From NCBI GenBank assembly GCA_964637105.1, contig CAZWVY010000003.1:373-64372 (forward strand): DNA of 64,000 bases, read 5' to 3'. Positions 1-10,458 of this stretch are shown piece by piece. The notes under the pieces were generated by a model that saw only the letters and a program-made list of their open reading frames with translations, ran no database searches and was not told where the DNA came from. The stretch's first letter is position 1; each line of letters begins with the position of its first letter. Source of the DNA: an uncultured Sangeribacter sp. (GTDB lineage Bacteria; Bacteroidota; Bacteroidia; Bacteroidales; Muribaculaceae). The position numbers were made by a program, and so were the translations under genes.

Positions 1-1
1 C

Positions 2-1924
2 ATCATCGACATGATTAAACAAGCCGAATCAAAAGGCGTGTCGCTGATAGTGTTCCCGGAGCTCTGCGTGACAGGCTACACATGCGCGGACCTCTTCAAC
101 CAGTCGCTGCTTCTTGAGCAATCCAAAATCGCGCTCGGGAAGATTGTGGAATTCACTGCCAACAAGACCTGCGCCGTCGTAGTGGGCGCTCCTCTAATGA
201 TAGAGGGTTCGCTTTATAACTGCGCGGTGGTAATCCGAAACGGGGGTGTCGACGGAGTGGTGCCCAAGACCTATCTCCCTAATTACAACGAATTTTATGA
301 GGGCAGATGGTTCACTCCCGGGGCCATGCTTAAGACCCGCACAATCGGGTTATCCTCAATCATCAAACTCGAATTCCGGGATGATTATACAGTACCGGCA
401 GGCACTAACCTGATTTTTGAAGTGGACGATGTGAGCTATGCGATAGAGATTTGCGAAGATCTGTGGGTGCCCTCTCCTCCATCGTCACACCTCGCCATGC
501 AGGGGGCCGAAATCATCCTCAACCTCTCGGCTACCGATGAGAATATCGGCAAACATGCCTATCTGCTCGACCTCATCCGCCAGCAGTCAGCCCGCTGCCG
601 CTGCGGTTATGTCTACGCCTCCGCCGGTGTCGGAGAGTCTTCGACAGACCTCGTGTTTTCCGGCAATGGCATAATAGCCGAAGATGGCTCTATCCTCGCC
701 TCTTCGCCCCGCTTCTCACGCCAGGCTACGCTCACCACGGCCGACATCGATGTTGAGAAACTCCGCAATGACCGCCGGAAATTTGCCACCTTCGCACAAG
801 GCAACGCTTACGCGGGAGTCGAGAGGGCGTGTGTACGTGCCAATTACGCCCCATCCTATGACCCCTTCCCGGGCGAGCTGATACCGGAGCTTATCAGCCT
901 CGGCGCGGACTTCCCTGACCGTCCCGTCAGCCGCCATCCCTTTGTAGATTCCGACCCGGGGAGACGTGATGAAAACTGCGGCGAGATAATTTCCATCCAG
1001 ACCTGGGGACTGGAGCAGCGACTTGAGGCCACGGGATGCAAGAAACTCGTCATAGGCATCTCCGGAGGTCTTGACTCCACTCTGGCCCTGCTCGTGGCCG
1101 CCCGCGCGTTCGACCGCCTCGGCCTTGACAGAAAAGGCATTATCGGCATCACTATGCCCGGATACGGCACCACTACCCGCACACACACCAACGCCACTGA
1201 CTTCATGGAGCTCATGGGGGTGACCTCAATGGAGATTCCAATTTCCAAAGCTGTCGACCAGCACTTCATCGATATAGGCCAGTCAAAGGAGGTGCACGAC
1301 GCCACCTATGAAAACGGCCAGGCCCGCGAGCGCACTCAGATTCTGATGGACATGGCCAACAAAACCGGCGGCATGGTGCTCGGCACGGGCGACCTCTCCG
1401 AGCTCGCCTTAGGATGGTGCACATACAATGGCGACCACATGTCAATGTATGCCGTCAACGCCTCAATACCGAAAACCTTGGTGCGCCACCTCGTGGAATG
1501 GTTTGCAGCCCATGCCGATGAAGCGACGGCCCGCGTGCTGCGCGACATCATCGACACCCCTATCAGCCCGGAGCTCATCCCGGCTGACAGTGGCGAGGAT
1601 ACCATCGCCCAGAAGACAGAAGACCTTGTCGGCCCCTACGAACTGCATGACTTCTTCCTCTATCACACGCTGCGAAACAACTTCGCGCCCAAGAAGATAT
1701 ATACCTTGGCCAAAAAGGCCTTCGCGGGTGTCTACGACAACGAGACTCTCAAGAAATGGTTGCGCAATTTCTACCGCCGGTTCTTCTCCCAGCAGTTCAA
1801 GCGCTCATGCATGCCCGACGGCCCGAAGGTGGGCAGCGTGTGCCTCTCCCCGCGCGGCGACTGGCGCATGCCCTCTGACGCCAAAGCGGCCCTCTGGCTC
1901 CGCGAGACTGAAAGCCTGGATTGA
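2..1924 (+). CDS. nadE: Glutamine-dependent NAD+ synthetase (5' end truncated by the window edge)
   Basis: Nitrilase-fold N-domain (FPELCVTGYTC, EICEDLW) and synthetase domain (GISGGLDSTL, NGQARERT, GTGDLSE, FKRSCMPDGPK). The frame is open back to position 2, so the true start is probably upstream of the window. Confidence 0.95.
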   Translation: MIDMIKQAESKGVSLIVFPELCVTGYTCADLFNQSLLLEQSKIALGKIVEFTANKTCAVVVGAPLMIEGSLYNCAVVIRNGGVDGVVPKTYLPNYNEFYEGRWFTPGAMLKTRTIGLSSIIKLEFRDDYTVPAGTNLIFEVDDVSYAIEICEDLWVPSPPSSHLAMQGAEIILNLSATDENIGKHAYLLDLIRQQSARCRCGYVYASAGVGESSTDLVFSGNGIIAEDGSILASSPRFSRQATLTTADIDVEKLRNDRRKFATFAQGNAYAGVERACVRANYAPSYDPFPGELIPELISLGADFPDRPVSRHPFVDSDPGRRDENCGEIISIQTWGLEQRLEATGCKKLVIGISGGLDSTLALLVAARAFDRLGLDRKGIIGITMPGYGTTTRTHTNATDFMELMGVTSMEIPISKAVDQHFIDIGQSKEVHDATYENGQARERTQILMDMANKTGGMVLGTGDLSELALGWCTYNGDHMSMYAVNASIPKTLVRHLVEWFAAHADEATARVLRDIIDTPISPELIPADSGEDTIAQKTEDLVGPYELHDFFLYHTLRNNFAPKKIYTLAKKAFAGVYDNETLKKWLRNFYRRFFSQQFKRSCMPDGPKVGSVCLSPRGDWRMPSDAKAALWLRETESLD

Positions 1925-1966
1925 CCATCCGCAAGATAAAAAGTTGCACATATCGCGATTTATTAT

Positions 1967-1974
1967 TAACTTTG
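1967..1974 (+). promoter_or_regulatory. Bacteroidota sigma-A -7 element upstream of tsaC
   Basis: TAACTTTG matches TAnnTTTG, 18 nt before the ATG at 1993. Confidence 0.55.
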
Positions 1975-1992
1975 AGGTCAAGAACCAGAGTT

Positions 1993-2553
1993 ATGGAAGA
2001 AGACCTCAAGAAAGCTCTCGCCGTCCTCCGAGATGGCGGGGTTATCATATATCCGACTGACACGGTCTGGGGGATAGGGTGCGATGCCACCAATCCCGAG
2101 GCCGTGGCCAAGGTGATGCGCATCAAGGGGCGCGAGGACGCCAAGGCGATGCTCCTCCTCGTGGGGAGCGACGGCATGCTGCAGCGTTATGTGCGCGACA
2201 TCCCTGATGCCGCCTGGCAGCTGATCGACGTGGCCGATAAGCCCCTGACAATCGTTTACGACCACGTGGAGGGAATAGCTCCGGCGCTGCGCGCCGAGGA
2301 TGGCTCAACGGGAGTAAGGATAACCTCCGAACAGTTTTCGCGCGCTCTCTGCAATCGTCTTGGCCGACCGATAGTGTCGACATCGGCCAATTTCAGCGGG
2401 AAGCCGACACCGCGAGATTTCAACGAGATAGACCCCGCGCTCATCGAGCAGGCTGACTACACAGTCCAGACGGGACGCGCCGGGAAGCCGCAGGCCATAC
2501 CCAGCGGGATAATCAAAGTCAGCAAGGGGGATGTGATCAAGGTGATACGCTGA
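1993..2553 (+). CDS. tsaC: L-threonylcarbamoyladenylate synthase (Sua5/YrdC/TsaC)
   Basis: Motifs YPTDTVWGIGCDA and PIVSTSAN. Start moved from the ORF-track 1921 to the ATG at 1993, which follows the -7 box. Confidence 0.93.
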   Translation: MEEDLKKALAVLRDGGVIIYPTDTVWGIGCDATNPEAVAKVMRIKGREDAKAMLLLVGSDGMLQRYVRDIPDAAWQLIDVADKPLTIVYDHVEGIAPALRAEDGSTGVRITSEQFSRALCNRLGRPIVSTSANFSGKPTPRDFNEIDPALIEQADYTVQTGRAGKPQAIPSGIIKVSKGDVIKVIR

Positions 2554-2582
2554 GATGCAGTTGAGATAATCAAGGTTTCGTC

Positions 2583-4013
2583 ATGAAAGGAAGAATAGTC
2601 TCGGAAAGAATCCAAAGGATCTGGTATGTGGCCGTTGACTGGGTCACAGCTAACCTGGCTTTCGTATTCTTCAACGCGGCCCGATACGTCTTGGTCAACC
2701 ATCATGACCTTGACTTCGAAGGCCTGATTGAGTATCTTGACACCCCCAAACTGCTGGCCGAACAGATTATCATCCCCTTGGTGATGCTCGGGGTGTACTG
2801 GCTCTCAGGCTACTACAACAGCCCCCTGCTGCGTTCACGCCTCCAGGAACTGGTCACCACGATCAGCTCGTCAGTCTTCAACACCATACTGATTTACCTT
2901 GCCCTTCTGACCAATGACCAGATAGTGCACCGCACCACCAACTGGCTCATCATAGCCATACTCTTCACATGCCTCGCCGTCTGCACATACTTGGGGCGTA
3001 TCATTCTCACACAAGCGGCGCGCAGGCGGCTCAAACGCCGTGAATGGGGTATCAACACATTGATAGTAGGCAATTCTGAAGCAGCCGGGAAGGTGGCCGA
3101 CAAACTGTCCGAATCGCGCGCTACGTTAGGCTTCAAGGTTGTTGGCTTTGTCGCTTTAGACGGCGAGAAGCCCCAGCGCCGGGGCAACATACCTGTCATC
3201 ACATATTCCGAGATACCCGAGGCAGTGGAGCAGCTGGAGGTCGACCAGTTCATCATCGTCCCCGAGTCGCGCGACGAGGACAAGGTGCTCGATGTGGTCT
3301 ACAGCCTGTTTCCTTACAACCGCTCCATCAAGATTCTGCCCGACACGCTCTCTATCATCACCTCCTCCATCCGACTTCAGGACATATACGGCGAGCCCTT
3401 CGTAGACCTCGCCTACCCCTCCATAAGCGAGTCGTCAAAGAATATCAAGAGGCTCGGAGACGTCGTGCTCTCCATGCTCGCCCTTCTGGCGCTCTCACCC
3501 CTGTACGCCCTCATAGCCCTGTGGGTGAAGCATGACAGCCCCGGACCGGTGTTCTACCGTCAGGAACGCTTAGGGCTACACCGCAAGCCCTTCAATATCC
3601 TGAAATTCCGCACCATGCGCACTGACGCCGAAAAAGACGGGCCTCGCCTTTCAACGGACGACGACCCGCGCATCACGCGCTCCGGGCGTTTCCTGCGCAA
3701 ATACAGGCTTGATGAGCTTCCCCAGTTCTGGAATGTCCTGAAAGGTGACATGGCCCTCGTCGGCCCCCGCCCCGAGCGCGCTTACTTTATCGACCGCATC
3801 ATCCCCCTCGCCCCCTTCTACGGGCTCATCCACCAGGTGCGCCCCGGCATCACCTCCTGGGGAATGGTGAAATATGGCTACGCCTCTGACATCGACCAGA
3901 TGATAAGGCGTTCCAGATATGACCTCATCTACCTGGCCAACATGTCTGTGTCGGTCGATGTCAAGATACTTATCCACACAATCAAGACCGTCATCACCGG
4001 CAAAGGCAAATAA
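2583..4013 (+). CDS. Polyprenyl-phosphate sugar phosphotransferase (WbaP/WcaJ family)
   Basis: Four N-terminal TM segments, a Rossmann-like middle domain (LIVGNSEAA) and the C-terminal sugar-transferase motifs KRLGD, KFRTM, RKYRLDELPQFWNVLKGDMALVGPRPE and RPGIT. Confidence 0.9.
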   Translation: MKGRIVSERIQRIWYVAVDWVTANLAFVFFNAARYVLVNHHDLDFEGLIEYLDTPKLLAEQIIIPLVMLGVYWLSGYYNSPLLRSRLQELVTTISSSVFNTILIYLALLTNDQIVHRTTNWLIIAILFTCLAVCTYLGRIILTQAARRRLKRREWGINTLIVGNSEAAGKVADKLSESRATLGFKVVGFVALDGEKPQRRGNIPVITYSEIPEAVEQLEVDQFIIVPESRDEDKVLDVVYSLFPYNRSIKILPDTLSIITSSIRLQDIYGEPFVDLAYPSISESSKNIKRLGDVVLSMLALLALSPLYALIALWVKHDSPGPVFYRQERLGLHRKPFNILKFRTMRTDAEKDGPRLSTDDDPRITRSGRFLRKYRLDELPQFWNVLKGDMALVGPRPERAYFIDRIIPLAPFYGLIHQVRPGITSWGMVKYGYASDIDQMIRRSRYDLIYLANMSVSVDVKILIHTIKTVITGKGK

Positions 4014-4038
4014 TCCACTTTGACAACAGAAGCTGATT

Positions 4039-5838
4039 ATGGCATATAAAGAGCATGACAACCGACTGACACGCGCCTGGGCCAAAGCTGTCACCTGGCG
4101 CGAGCGCCATATCAAGGAGAAGAATTTCGTCATTATCCTTGCGCTTGTCATCGGCATCATTTGCGGCCTGGCCTCGCAGCTCCTAAAATACCTCATCCAC
4201 GCCATAGCCCATCTCCTCACCTCGCATTTCAGCGCGACTACAGAGAACTATCTCTATCTTGTTTATCCCCTCGTGGGAATCCTGATAGTGACCATCTTCG
4301 TCAGGTATGTGGTCAAAGACAATATCTCACACGGCGTGACAAGGGTGCTCTATGCCATCTCGCGCCGCAAATCGCGCCTGAAGCTCAAAAACACATACTC
4401 CTCACTCATCGCCTCCTCCATCACCATCGGTTTCGGCGGCTCTGTGGGAGCCGAGGGCCCCATAGTGTTCACCGGAGCGGCAATCGGGTCAAACATCGGC
4501 CAGGCTTTCAGGCTCTCGCCCAAGATACTCATGCTCCTTGTGGGATGCGGCGCGGCGGCGGGCATAGCCGGAATCTTCCGCGCCCCGATAGCCGGAATGC
4601 TTTTCACTCTGGAGGTGCTGATGATCGACCTCACCGGAGCGACCGTCATGCCCCTGCTAATCTCGTCCATCACCGGAGCCACAGTCTCATACGTCCTTGA
4701 GGGATATAGCGCGGAGTTCTTCTTCTCACAAAGCGAGGTATTCCACACCTCACGCATACCCTACACTATCCTGCTCGGAGTGTTCTGCGGATTGATTTCC
4801 CTTTATTTCACCCGCACTATGGGATGGCTCGAAGGCATGTTCGGCAAAATCACCCGCCAGTGGGTCAAGATTCTGGTGGGCGGAGTCGCCCTCGCAGTGC
4901 TCATTTTCCTCCTGCCTCCCCTCTACGGCGAGGGCTACGAGACAATCAACAGGCTTCTCGAGGGGAATCCTTCAGCCGTTGTAGACGGCTCGATATTCTA
5001 CGTTGACAGAGACTCGGTATGGTTCGTCGCTACTTTCATCGCGGCTGTCACCCTCATGAAGGTCTTCGCCACAGCCTCAACCAACGGGGCCGGAGGCGTC
5101 GGAGGCACATTCGCCCCCTCCCTGTTTGTAGGGGCCCTCTCCGGTTTCCTCTATGCCTATATCCTCAACAATCTCTTCCCTGAGTTAGGGCTGTCGCAGA
5201 AGAACTTCGCACTCACCGGCATGGCCGGGGTCATGTCCGGAGTCATGCATGCCCCGCTGATGGCCATCTTCCTCACGGCCGAGATGACGGGCGGCTACGA
5301 CCTCTTCCTCCCCCTGCTCATTGTCTCCACTTTGTCGTATATGACCATCAGGATGTTTGAGCCATACAGCATCTACACCATGCGCCTGGCCAAACAGGGC
5401 GACCTGCTTACCCACGAGAAGGACAAGACGGTTCTCACGCTGCTCAAAATCAGCAATGTCATCGAGCGCGACTGCATGTGCGTCCATCCGGAGATGAACC
5501 TCAAGCAGATGGTGGACATCATATCGCGGTCAAGCCGCAATATCTTCCCGGTGACCGATGAGAACGGGCGCCTCAAGGGCATAGTCACTCTCGATGACAT
5601 ACGGAACATCATGTTCCGCCCCGACCTGTACAGAAAAATGCACGTGTCGCGCTTCATGGCCATGCCCCCGACACGAATAGAGATAACGGATCCGATGGAA
5701 GTCGTGATGGAGAAATTTGACAAGACCGGCGCGTGGAACCTCCCCGTGGTCAACAACGGCATCTATGTCGGCATGGTCTCCAAGTCAAAGATTTTCACTT
5801 CCTACCGCCGCGTGCTGCGGCATTATACTGATGACTGA
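4039..5838 (+). CDS. ClC-family chloride channel / H+:Cl- antiporter with C-terminal CBS pair
   Basis: Motifs GGSVGAEGP, GGVGGTFAPSL and FEPYSIY, followed by a CBS tandem (IFPVTDENG...LPVV). Confidence 0.9.
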   Translation: MAYKEHDNRLTRAWAKAVTWRERHIKEKNFVIILALVIGIICGLASQLLKYLIHAIAHLLTSHFSATTENYLYLVYPLVGILIVTIFVRYVVKDNISHGVTRVLYAISRRKSRLKLKNTYSSLIASSITIGFGGSVGAEGPIVFTGAAIGSNIGQAFRLSPKILMLLVGCGAAAGIAGIFRAPIAGMLFTLEVLMIDLTGATVMPLLISSITGATVSYVLEGYSAEFFFSQSEVFHTSRIPYTILLGVFCGLISLYFTRTMGWLEGMFGKITRQWVKILVGGVALAVLIFLLPPLYGEGYETINRLLEGNPSAVVDGSIFYVDRDSVWFVATFIAAVTLMKVFATASTNGAGGVGGTFAPSLFVGALSGFLYAYILNNLFPELGLSQKNFALTGMAGVMSGVMHAPLMAIFLTAEMTGGYDLFLPLLIVSTLSYMTIRMFEPYSIYTMRLAKQGDLLTHEKDKTVLTLLKISNVIERDCMCVHPEMNLKQMVDIISRSSRNIFPVTDENGRLKGIVTLDDIRNIMFRPDLYRKMHVSRFMAMPPTRIEITDPMEVVMEKFDKTGAWNLPVVNNGIYVGMVSKSKIFTSYRRVLRHYTDD

Positions 5839-5840
5839 TT

Positions 5841-6791
5841 ATGGATAAAAAGAATCTGAAAATAGTATTTTTCGGCACGCCTGAGTTCGCCGTAGCAAGC
5901 CTCGACGCGCTCGTGAGCGGCGGTTATAACGTAGTTGCAGCGGTCACTATGCCCGACAAGGTGGCAGGACGCGGCCATAAGGTCATACAGAGCGATGTCA
6001 AGAAATATTGCGACAGCCGCGGACTGCGCTGCCTGCAGCCTCCCAAGCTCAAGGATCCTCAGTGGATCGAGGAGCTCAGGAGCCTGGAGGCTGACCTGTT
6101 CATCGTCATTGCCTTCCGGATGCTGCCCGAGGCGGTATGGGCCATGCCCCCTCAGGGCACCTTCAATCTTCACGCCTCGCTGCTGCCCAAATACAGGGGT
6201 GCCGCACCCATTAACCACGCGGTGATAAACGGCGAGACTGTCACCGGTGTCACTACCTTCTTCCTCAAGCACGAAATAGACACAGGCGATATAATCGAAC
6301 AGAAGGAAATAGCCATACTGCCTGAAGACAATGTGGGGGATGTCCACGACAAGCTGATGCGCTTAGGCGCCGAGATGGTCATCGCCACTGTTGACAGTAT
6401 TATCGACGGCTCCGTAACCACGCGCCCCCAGCCTGAAGGGGAGTTTACCCCGGCACCGAAGATTTTCAAGGAGACCTGCCGGATAGACTGGTCGCTTCCG
6501 GCCAAGAGAATCCATGATTTCGTCAGGGGGCTTTCGCCATACCCGGCTGCCTGGACGGTGATGACCGACAGACGCGGCAAACCGACTGACCTGAAGATAT
6601 TCAAAACCGCACTCAGCGAGCATCCTCTCACAGAGGGTGCGAAGGCGGGTGAATGCCTCCGGGAGGGAAAGAATCTCTATGTAGCCGCCGGCGGACAATG
6701 GCTGCAGATCCTTGAGCTCCAGCCGGCCGGCAAGCGGCGCATGGACGCAGCCTCCTTCCTGTTGGGATACGATCCCGTGAGAATGGATTGA
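5841..6791 (+). CDS. fmt: Methionyl-tRNA formyltransferase
   Basis: Motifs IVFFGTPEFA, FNLHASLLPKYRGAAPI, IDTGDII and GLSPYPAA. Confidence 0.97.
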   Translation: MDKKNLKIVFFGTPEFAVASLDALVSGGYNVVAAVTMPDKVAGRGHKVIQSDVKKYCDSRGLRCLQPPKLKDPQWIEELRSLEADLFIVIAFRMLPEAVWAMPPQGTFNLHASLLPKYRGAAPINHAVINGETVTGVTTFFLKHEIDTGDIIEQKEIAILPEDNVGDVHDKLMRLGAEMVIATVDSIIDGSVTTRPQPEGEFTPAPKIFKETCRIDWSLPAKRIHDFVRGLSPYPAAWTVMTDRRGKPTDLKIFKTALSEHPLTEGAKAGECLREGKNLYVAAGGQWLQILELQPAGKRRMDAASFLLGYDPVRMD

Positions 6792-6800
6792 AAAAGCATC

Positions 6801-8522
6801 ATGAATATTGAGCTCATGGATACAGCCAACATTTACTGCCGCATTTTCATAGATGTGCTCATCGAGCAGGGAGTCGGCACAGCCGTCTGCTCGCCGGGAT
6901 CGCGCAACGCGCCGCTGCTCATAGCCGCCGCTGACCGCGAGGCACGGGAGCAGCTTGATTGCGTAGTTGTCAATGACGAGCGCACCGCAGCCTTCACGGC
7001 CTTGGGCATCGCCCTCGTTTCGCGGCGTCCGGTCGCCCTGATATGCACTTCAGGCACCGCTGTCCTGAACTACGCCCCTGCCATCGCGGAGGCTTACTAC
7101 CGTGGCATACCTCTCATAGTGCTCTCCGCAGACCGTCCCGAGGAGTGGATAGACCAGGATGATTCCCAGACGGTGCGACAGCCCGGAGCCCTGGCCAATT
7201 TCGTAAAGGCTTCATATTCTTTTCCCGCCGTTCCTCCTGGAATGCCCGAAAAAGAGTGGTATGCCAACCGCATGGCCAACGAGGCCATGATGACGGCCCT
7301 GTCGGGACGCCCGGGCCCTGTGCATATCAACGTGGCCCTTGACAATCCGCTCAACGCTATGACTGATGCCCCTCTCCCTTTGCAGCGACTCATCACTCAG
7401 GAATCGGCATCCGGCTCGCTCCCCTCGCCTATAATGAGAGAATTGCTTGACGAGGCCCGGGGGCGGCGCATCATGCTCGTGGCCGGATTCATGCAGCCTG
7501 ACCACAGTCTCAACGAGGCAGTCGCCCGTCTGGCGGCCCTGCCCAATGTGACCGTAATGGCCGAAAATCTCTCCAATCTGCATCTGAAGGATGATGCGTC
7601 CTCGGTGGATGCAACCTTGATGAGGCTCACCGAGGAAGAGAAGCGCGAACTCGCCCCGGAACTGGTCATATCCATCGGCGGCGCTCTCGTATCGCGCAAG
7701 CTCAAGGAATACCTGCGCAGCGTGCGCCCTTTGCAACACTGGAGCATAGGACATTCCATTTACACCGCAGACTGTTTCCAGGCCCTGACAAGAAAAATTG
7801 AGACCGGCCCGGCCCCCTTCCTGAAAAAACTGGCCGGAATGCTCCGCCATGCCGGACCGGATCACACCGGGACAGCAGGAGACTATGCCACAAAATGGCG
7901 TGCGGCGCGCCTGCGCGCACGTGCCTACATCACAGCCATGGCTGAGAAAGCCGGATGGTCCGAACTGAAGGCCTTCTCCATCCTCAGCCGCCACGTCAGC
8001 TCCGGCATCAACCTCTTCCTTTCCAACGGCACAGCCGTCAGATACGCGCAGCTCTTTCCATTCCATGCTCATGCAGCATACTGCAACCGGGGCGTCTCCG
8101 GCATTGACGGCATGACCTCGACCGCCATCGGTGCATCATTGGCTTATGGCGGCATGACACTGCTTGTCACAGGAGACATGTCGTTTGCATACGACCTGGG
8201 CGCGCTGGTCACAAGACTCATGCCGCACCGTATGCGCATTATTGTGATAAACAATGGCGGCGGAGGAATTTTCCGCTTCATCCCATCGACGCGAGACCTC
8301 CCCGCGCGCGAGAAATTCTTCTGTTCGGACCCCGCTCTGCCCGTAGAGGGCATCGCCGGCGCTTTCGGACTGGAATATATCATGGCCGACTCGCCAGACA
8401 CCTTTGAGCAGGGACTCGCGCGACTGCTCAACCCGCTGAGGCGAGCCGCAGTGCTTGAGGTGAAAGTCGACCCCGCTTCAAGCGCGGAGACCCTGCTCCG
8501 GCTCTTTCAAAAAAAATCATAA
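6801..8522 (+). CDS. menD: SEPHCHC synthase (ThDP-dependent)
   Basis: Motifs CSPGSRNAPL, DERTAAF, CTSGTAVLN, SADRP, NRGVSGIDG, GDMSF and NNGGGGIF; first gene of the men cluster. Confidence 0.95.
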   Translation: MNIELMDTANIYCRIFIDVLIEQGVGTAVCSPGSRNAPLLIAAADREAREQLDCVVVNDERTAAFTALGIALVSRRPVALICTSGTAVLNYAPAIAEAYYRGIPLIVLSADRPEEWIDQDDSQTVRQPGALANFVKASYSFPAVPPGMPEKEWYANRMANEAMMTALSGRPGPVHINVALDNPLNAMTDAPLPLQRLITQESASGSLPSPIMRELLDEARGRRIMLVAGFMQPDHSLNEAVARLAALPNVTVMAENLSNLHLKDDASSVDATLMRLTEEEKRELAPELVISIGGALVSRKLKEYLRSVRPLQHWSIGHSIYTADCFQALTRKIETGPAPFLKKLAGMLRHAGPDHTGTAGDYATKWRAARLRARAYITAMAEKAGWSELKAFSILSRHVSSGINLFLSNGTAVRYAQLFPFHAHAAYCNRGVSGIDGMTSTAIGASLAYGGMTLLVTGDMSFAYDLGALVTRLMPHRMRIIVINNGGGGIFRFIPSTRDLPAREKFFCSDPALPVEGIAGAFGLEYIMADSPDTFEQGLARLLNPLRRAAVLEVKVDPASSAETLLRLFQKKS

Positions 8523-8523
8523 T

Positions 8524-8558
8524 ACCCCGCCTCATAAGAATTTTATGTCTCAGGGGTC
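8524..8558. repeat. Palindromic intergenic repeat, family B copy 1
   Basis: ACCCCGCCTCATAAGAATTTTATGTCTCAGGGGTC, near-identical to 27442-27477. Confidence 0.75.
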
Positions 8559-8581
8559 AAAATCCTGCAATATAAGAAACA

Positions 8582-9397
8582 ATGATAAACTGGACTAAAA
8601 TCAAAGACTATGAAGACATCCTCTTCGATCAGTGCGAGGGGATAGCCAAAATCACCATCAACCGCCCGCAGGTCTACAACGCTTTCCGGCCCAAGACCAA
8701 CGAGGAGATGCTCGATGCAATGAGGATATGCCGCGAGCGTCAGGACATTGGCGTAATTATTCTCACCGGCGCGGGAGACAAAGCATTCTGCTCCGGCGGC
8801 GACCAGAATGTCAAGGGCAACGGCGGATACATCGGCGAGGATGGCGTTCCCCGCCTCAATGTGCTGGAGCTGCATCATGCCATACGCTCGATTCCGAAGC
8901 CCGTGATAGCCATGGTGAACGGCTACTCAATCGGGGGAGGCAATGTGCTTCAGGTGGTGTGCGACCTCTCTATCGCCTCCGAGAATGCTCGCTTCGGCCA
9001 GACAGGGCCGAAAGTAGGCAGTTTCGACGCCGGTTTCGGATCATCATACCTGGCTCGTTGCGTTGGCCAGAAGAAGGCCCGTGAGATATGGTTCCTCTGC
9101 AAGCAGTACACTGCGCGCGAGGCCCTCGAGATGGGCATGGTCAATGAGGTCGTCCCCTTTGACAAGCTGGAGGAAACCACCGTCGAATGGTGCCGCACGA
9201 TTCTGAAACGCTCCCCCTTCGCCATACGCATGATCAAACGCGCCCTCAACGCCGAGCTTGACGGACAGCATGGCATCATGGAGTTTGCCGGCGATGCAAC
9301 TCTGATGTATTACACAATGGCCGAAGCCCAGGAGGGAAAGAACGCATTCCTTGAGAAGCGTGACCCCGATTTCGACCAGTTCCCGAAATTCCCCTGA
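8582..9397 (+). CDS. menB: 1,4-dihydroxy-2-naphthoyl-CoA synthase
   Basis: Crotonase fold with [23 protein letters not shown] and TLMYY. Confidence 0.97.
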   Translation: MINWTKIKDYEDILFDQCEGIAKITINRPQVYNAFRPKTNEEMLDAMRICRERQDIGVIILTGAGDKAFCSGGDQNVKGNGGYIGEDGVPRLNVLELHHAIRSIPKPVIAMVNGYSIGGGNVLQVVCDLSIASENARFGQTGPKVGSFDAGFGSSYLARCVGQKKAREIWFLCKQYTAREALEMGMVNEVVPFDKLEETTVEWCRTILKRSPFAIRMIKRALNAELDGQHGIMEFAGDATLMYYTMAEAQEGKNAFLEKRDPDFDQFPKFP

Positions 9398-9399
9398 CT

Positions 9400-10458
9400 A
9401 TGAGACTGGCATACGCTCCGTATATTCTGAAGTTCAAAGAGCCTGCAGGCACTTCCCGGGGCATACTGACGGAGAAACCTACATTCTTCATCAAAATCTA
9501 TGATGAGAATAACCCGGAGCTGTACGGCCTGGGCGAGTGCTCGGTGTTTCCGGGCCTCTCGCCCGAGGCCGATGGCCGCTACGGATACAAGCTCATTGAG
9601 CTGCTGGCCAACATCGCCATAGGCAAGGAGACGGATCTGAGCGGTCACTCTTCAATCATGCTCGGCCTTGAGGAGGCCATCAGAGATTTCTCCTCCGGCG
9701 GCAAAGGACTCTATTTCCGCTCCCCCTTCACTGAGGGAAAACAGGAGATAACGATCAACGGACTCGTGTGGATGGGGTCAATCGAGGAGATGACCGAGCG
9801 GGCCGCACGCAAAGTGGAGGATGGCTTCAAATGCCTGAAATTCAAAATCGGGGCGCAAGACCCCCGGCGTGAGTTTGAGATGATCTCAGCAGTGCGGTCC
9901 CTCTTCCCCGCTTCAGAGCTTGAAATCAGAATCGATGCCAACGGGGCTTTCACTCCCGATGAGGCTTTAGGACGCCTGGAGGCACTCTCCCCCCTTGAGA
10001 TTCATTCATGCGAACAGCCCATAGCCCCGGGAAATCCGGCGGCTATGGCCGAAATTTGCCGCTTGTCACCAATTCCGGTGGCATTGGATGAGACATTGAT
10101 CGGCATACGCACACAAGGGGGGCGCGAGACGGTGCTCGACACTATAAGGCCGCAATATATCATCCTGAAGCCCTCGCTGTGCGGCGGATTCTCCGGAGCT
10201 GAGGCCTGGATAGCGGCCGCAGAGGAGCGAGGCGTGGGATGGTGGGCCACTTCGGCGCTGGAATCCAATGTCGGCCTGACGGCAATAGCACAGTGGGCTG
10301 CTACGCTTAACACCAAAATGCCTCAGGGACTCGGAACCGGCGCACTTTACACCAATAATTTCACCACTCCCCTCTCCCTGCATGGCGACCGGCTTTCATA
10401 CCTGCCGGGCGACTCCATTTCCCGCGAACAGTTTGATTCGCTCGACTGGCATTCGTGA
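9400..10458 (+). CDS. menC: o-succinylbenzoate synthase (enolase superfamily)
   Basis: Motifs KFKIG, RIDANGAF, EQP, ALDE and IILKP; position between menB and menE. Confidence 0.9.
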   Translation: MRLAYAPYILKFKEPAGTSRGILTEKPTFFIKIYDENNPELYGLGECSVFPGLSPEADGRYGYKLIELLANIAIGKETDLSGHSSIMLGLEEAIRDFSSGGKGLYFRSPFTEGKQEITINGLVWMGSIEEMTERAARKVEDGFKCLKFKIGAQDPRREFEMISAVRSLFPASELEIRIDANGAFTPDEALGRLEALSPLEIHSCEQPIAPGNPAAMAEICRLSPIPVALDETLIGIRTQGGRETVLDTIRPQYIILKPSLCGGFSGAEAWIAAAEERGVGWWATSALESNVGLTAIAQWAATLNTKMPQGLGTGALYTNNFTTPLSLHGDRLSYLPGDSISREQFDSLDWHS

